Of a DNA stretch of 64,000 nt, positions 63,324 through 64,000 are shown one piece after another. The stretch lies in assembly GCA_013239625.1 (NCBI GenBank), contig MU053758.1:558001-622000 (forward strand), given 5' to 3'. The translations under genes and the position numbers were made by a program. The stretch is from Lama guanicoe. Taxonomy: Eukaryota. The notes beneath the pieces are model-generated. The model was not told the DNA's origin. It saw only the letters and a list, made by a program, of their open reading frames with translations, and did not search any database. Position 1 is the stretch's first letter. Every line of letters starts with the position of its first letter.

Positions 63324-63358
63324 ACACACACACACACACACACACGCACACACACACA
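63324..63358 (+). repeat. (CA)n microsatellite with one interruption
   Basis: Direct read. Confidence 0.9.
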
Positions 63359-64000
63359 ATCAGAGTTAAGTGAGATGGGAAGTGGAAAGGAAACCACTCC
63401 CTTTGCCCTCTCCTCTGTAAAAGACATCTCCATGACAGAGGGATGAGTTTCCCCTGCAGAGGACAAGGACCTAAGGCGAAGGGCTCCACATTTCCCTAAG
63501 GAGAGGGGCAGCCTAATAGGTGAGCCCAGAAGTGATTTCTGGAGACGCTCCTAAGTCCTTAGCAAAGGCTCAACTCAAATTCACTTAAGACAAAGAGAGA
63601 AGCAGAGTGTGAGAAGACAAAGGAACTGGGAAGAGACAGAGACCACAGAGATGGTTAAAAAAGGCAGAGAGAGAAGAGAAAAACAGAGACAGAAATACGG
63701 AGAAAGAGCACATCCCCCTTGGTGGGAGGGGGGGTGGGCACAGATTGAGGAGAGGGCTGTAGGGTCTGAAAGCTCCTCCAGATTCTGTGCCTTCTTAAAG
63801 GCACCAAAACCGAGGCCATTCCAGAAGGAACTGTCCCTGGAATAGGTCCTGGGGGTGCTAAATCAGGTGTGAGGCAAAAGGGGTAGGAACTCAAGTGTCT
63901 GGGAATGGCCAGGGTGTCTTGGGCACTTCAATCTCCTCTCCCACCACCATCATCAGTAACTTAGAGATTGGAATCTCCCAAAAAAGAATTCCACCTTGGG

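Overview
Central part of a mammalian (apparently non-primate) HOXB cluster, with all genes on the + strand. It holds six two-exon homeobox genes in collinear order: HOXB9, HOXB8, HOXB7, HOXB6, HOXB5 and HOXB4. Splicing at canonical GT-AG sites gives 250, 243, 217, 224, 269 and (after correcting for an N-gap) 251 aa. miR-10a lies upstream of HOXB4, and probable non-coding 5' exons of HOXB3 lie downstream; the HOXB3 CDS is beyond the window. Recognisable regulatory elements include three DR5 retinoic-acid response elements (DE-, B4U- and ENE-type), the near-perfect miR-196 site in the HOXB8 3'UTR, seed sites in HOXB7 and HOXB6, a Cdx-site cluster upstream of HOXB8, the HOXB4 intron HB1/CR1 element, PBX-HOX+MEIS composite sites and CTCF-like motifs. 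Transposons are almost absent and there are six assembly gaps. This is a well-studied locus, and I cannot support a wholly new biological system here. The most interesting candidates are an antisense HOXB-AS3-like exon pair whose micropeptide ORF appears disabled, an out-of-frame uORF overlapping the HOXB9 start, a 46-bp minisatellite in the HOXB9 3'UTR, a short Met-rich ORF and a local duplication upstream of HOXB8, and a perfect 13-bp hairpin downstream of HOXB4. Comparisons with human or mouse are from memory and need checking by alignment.
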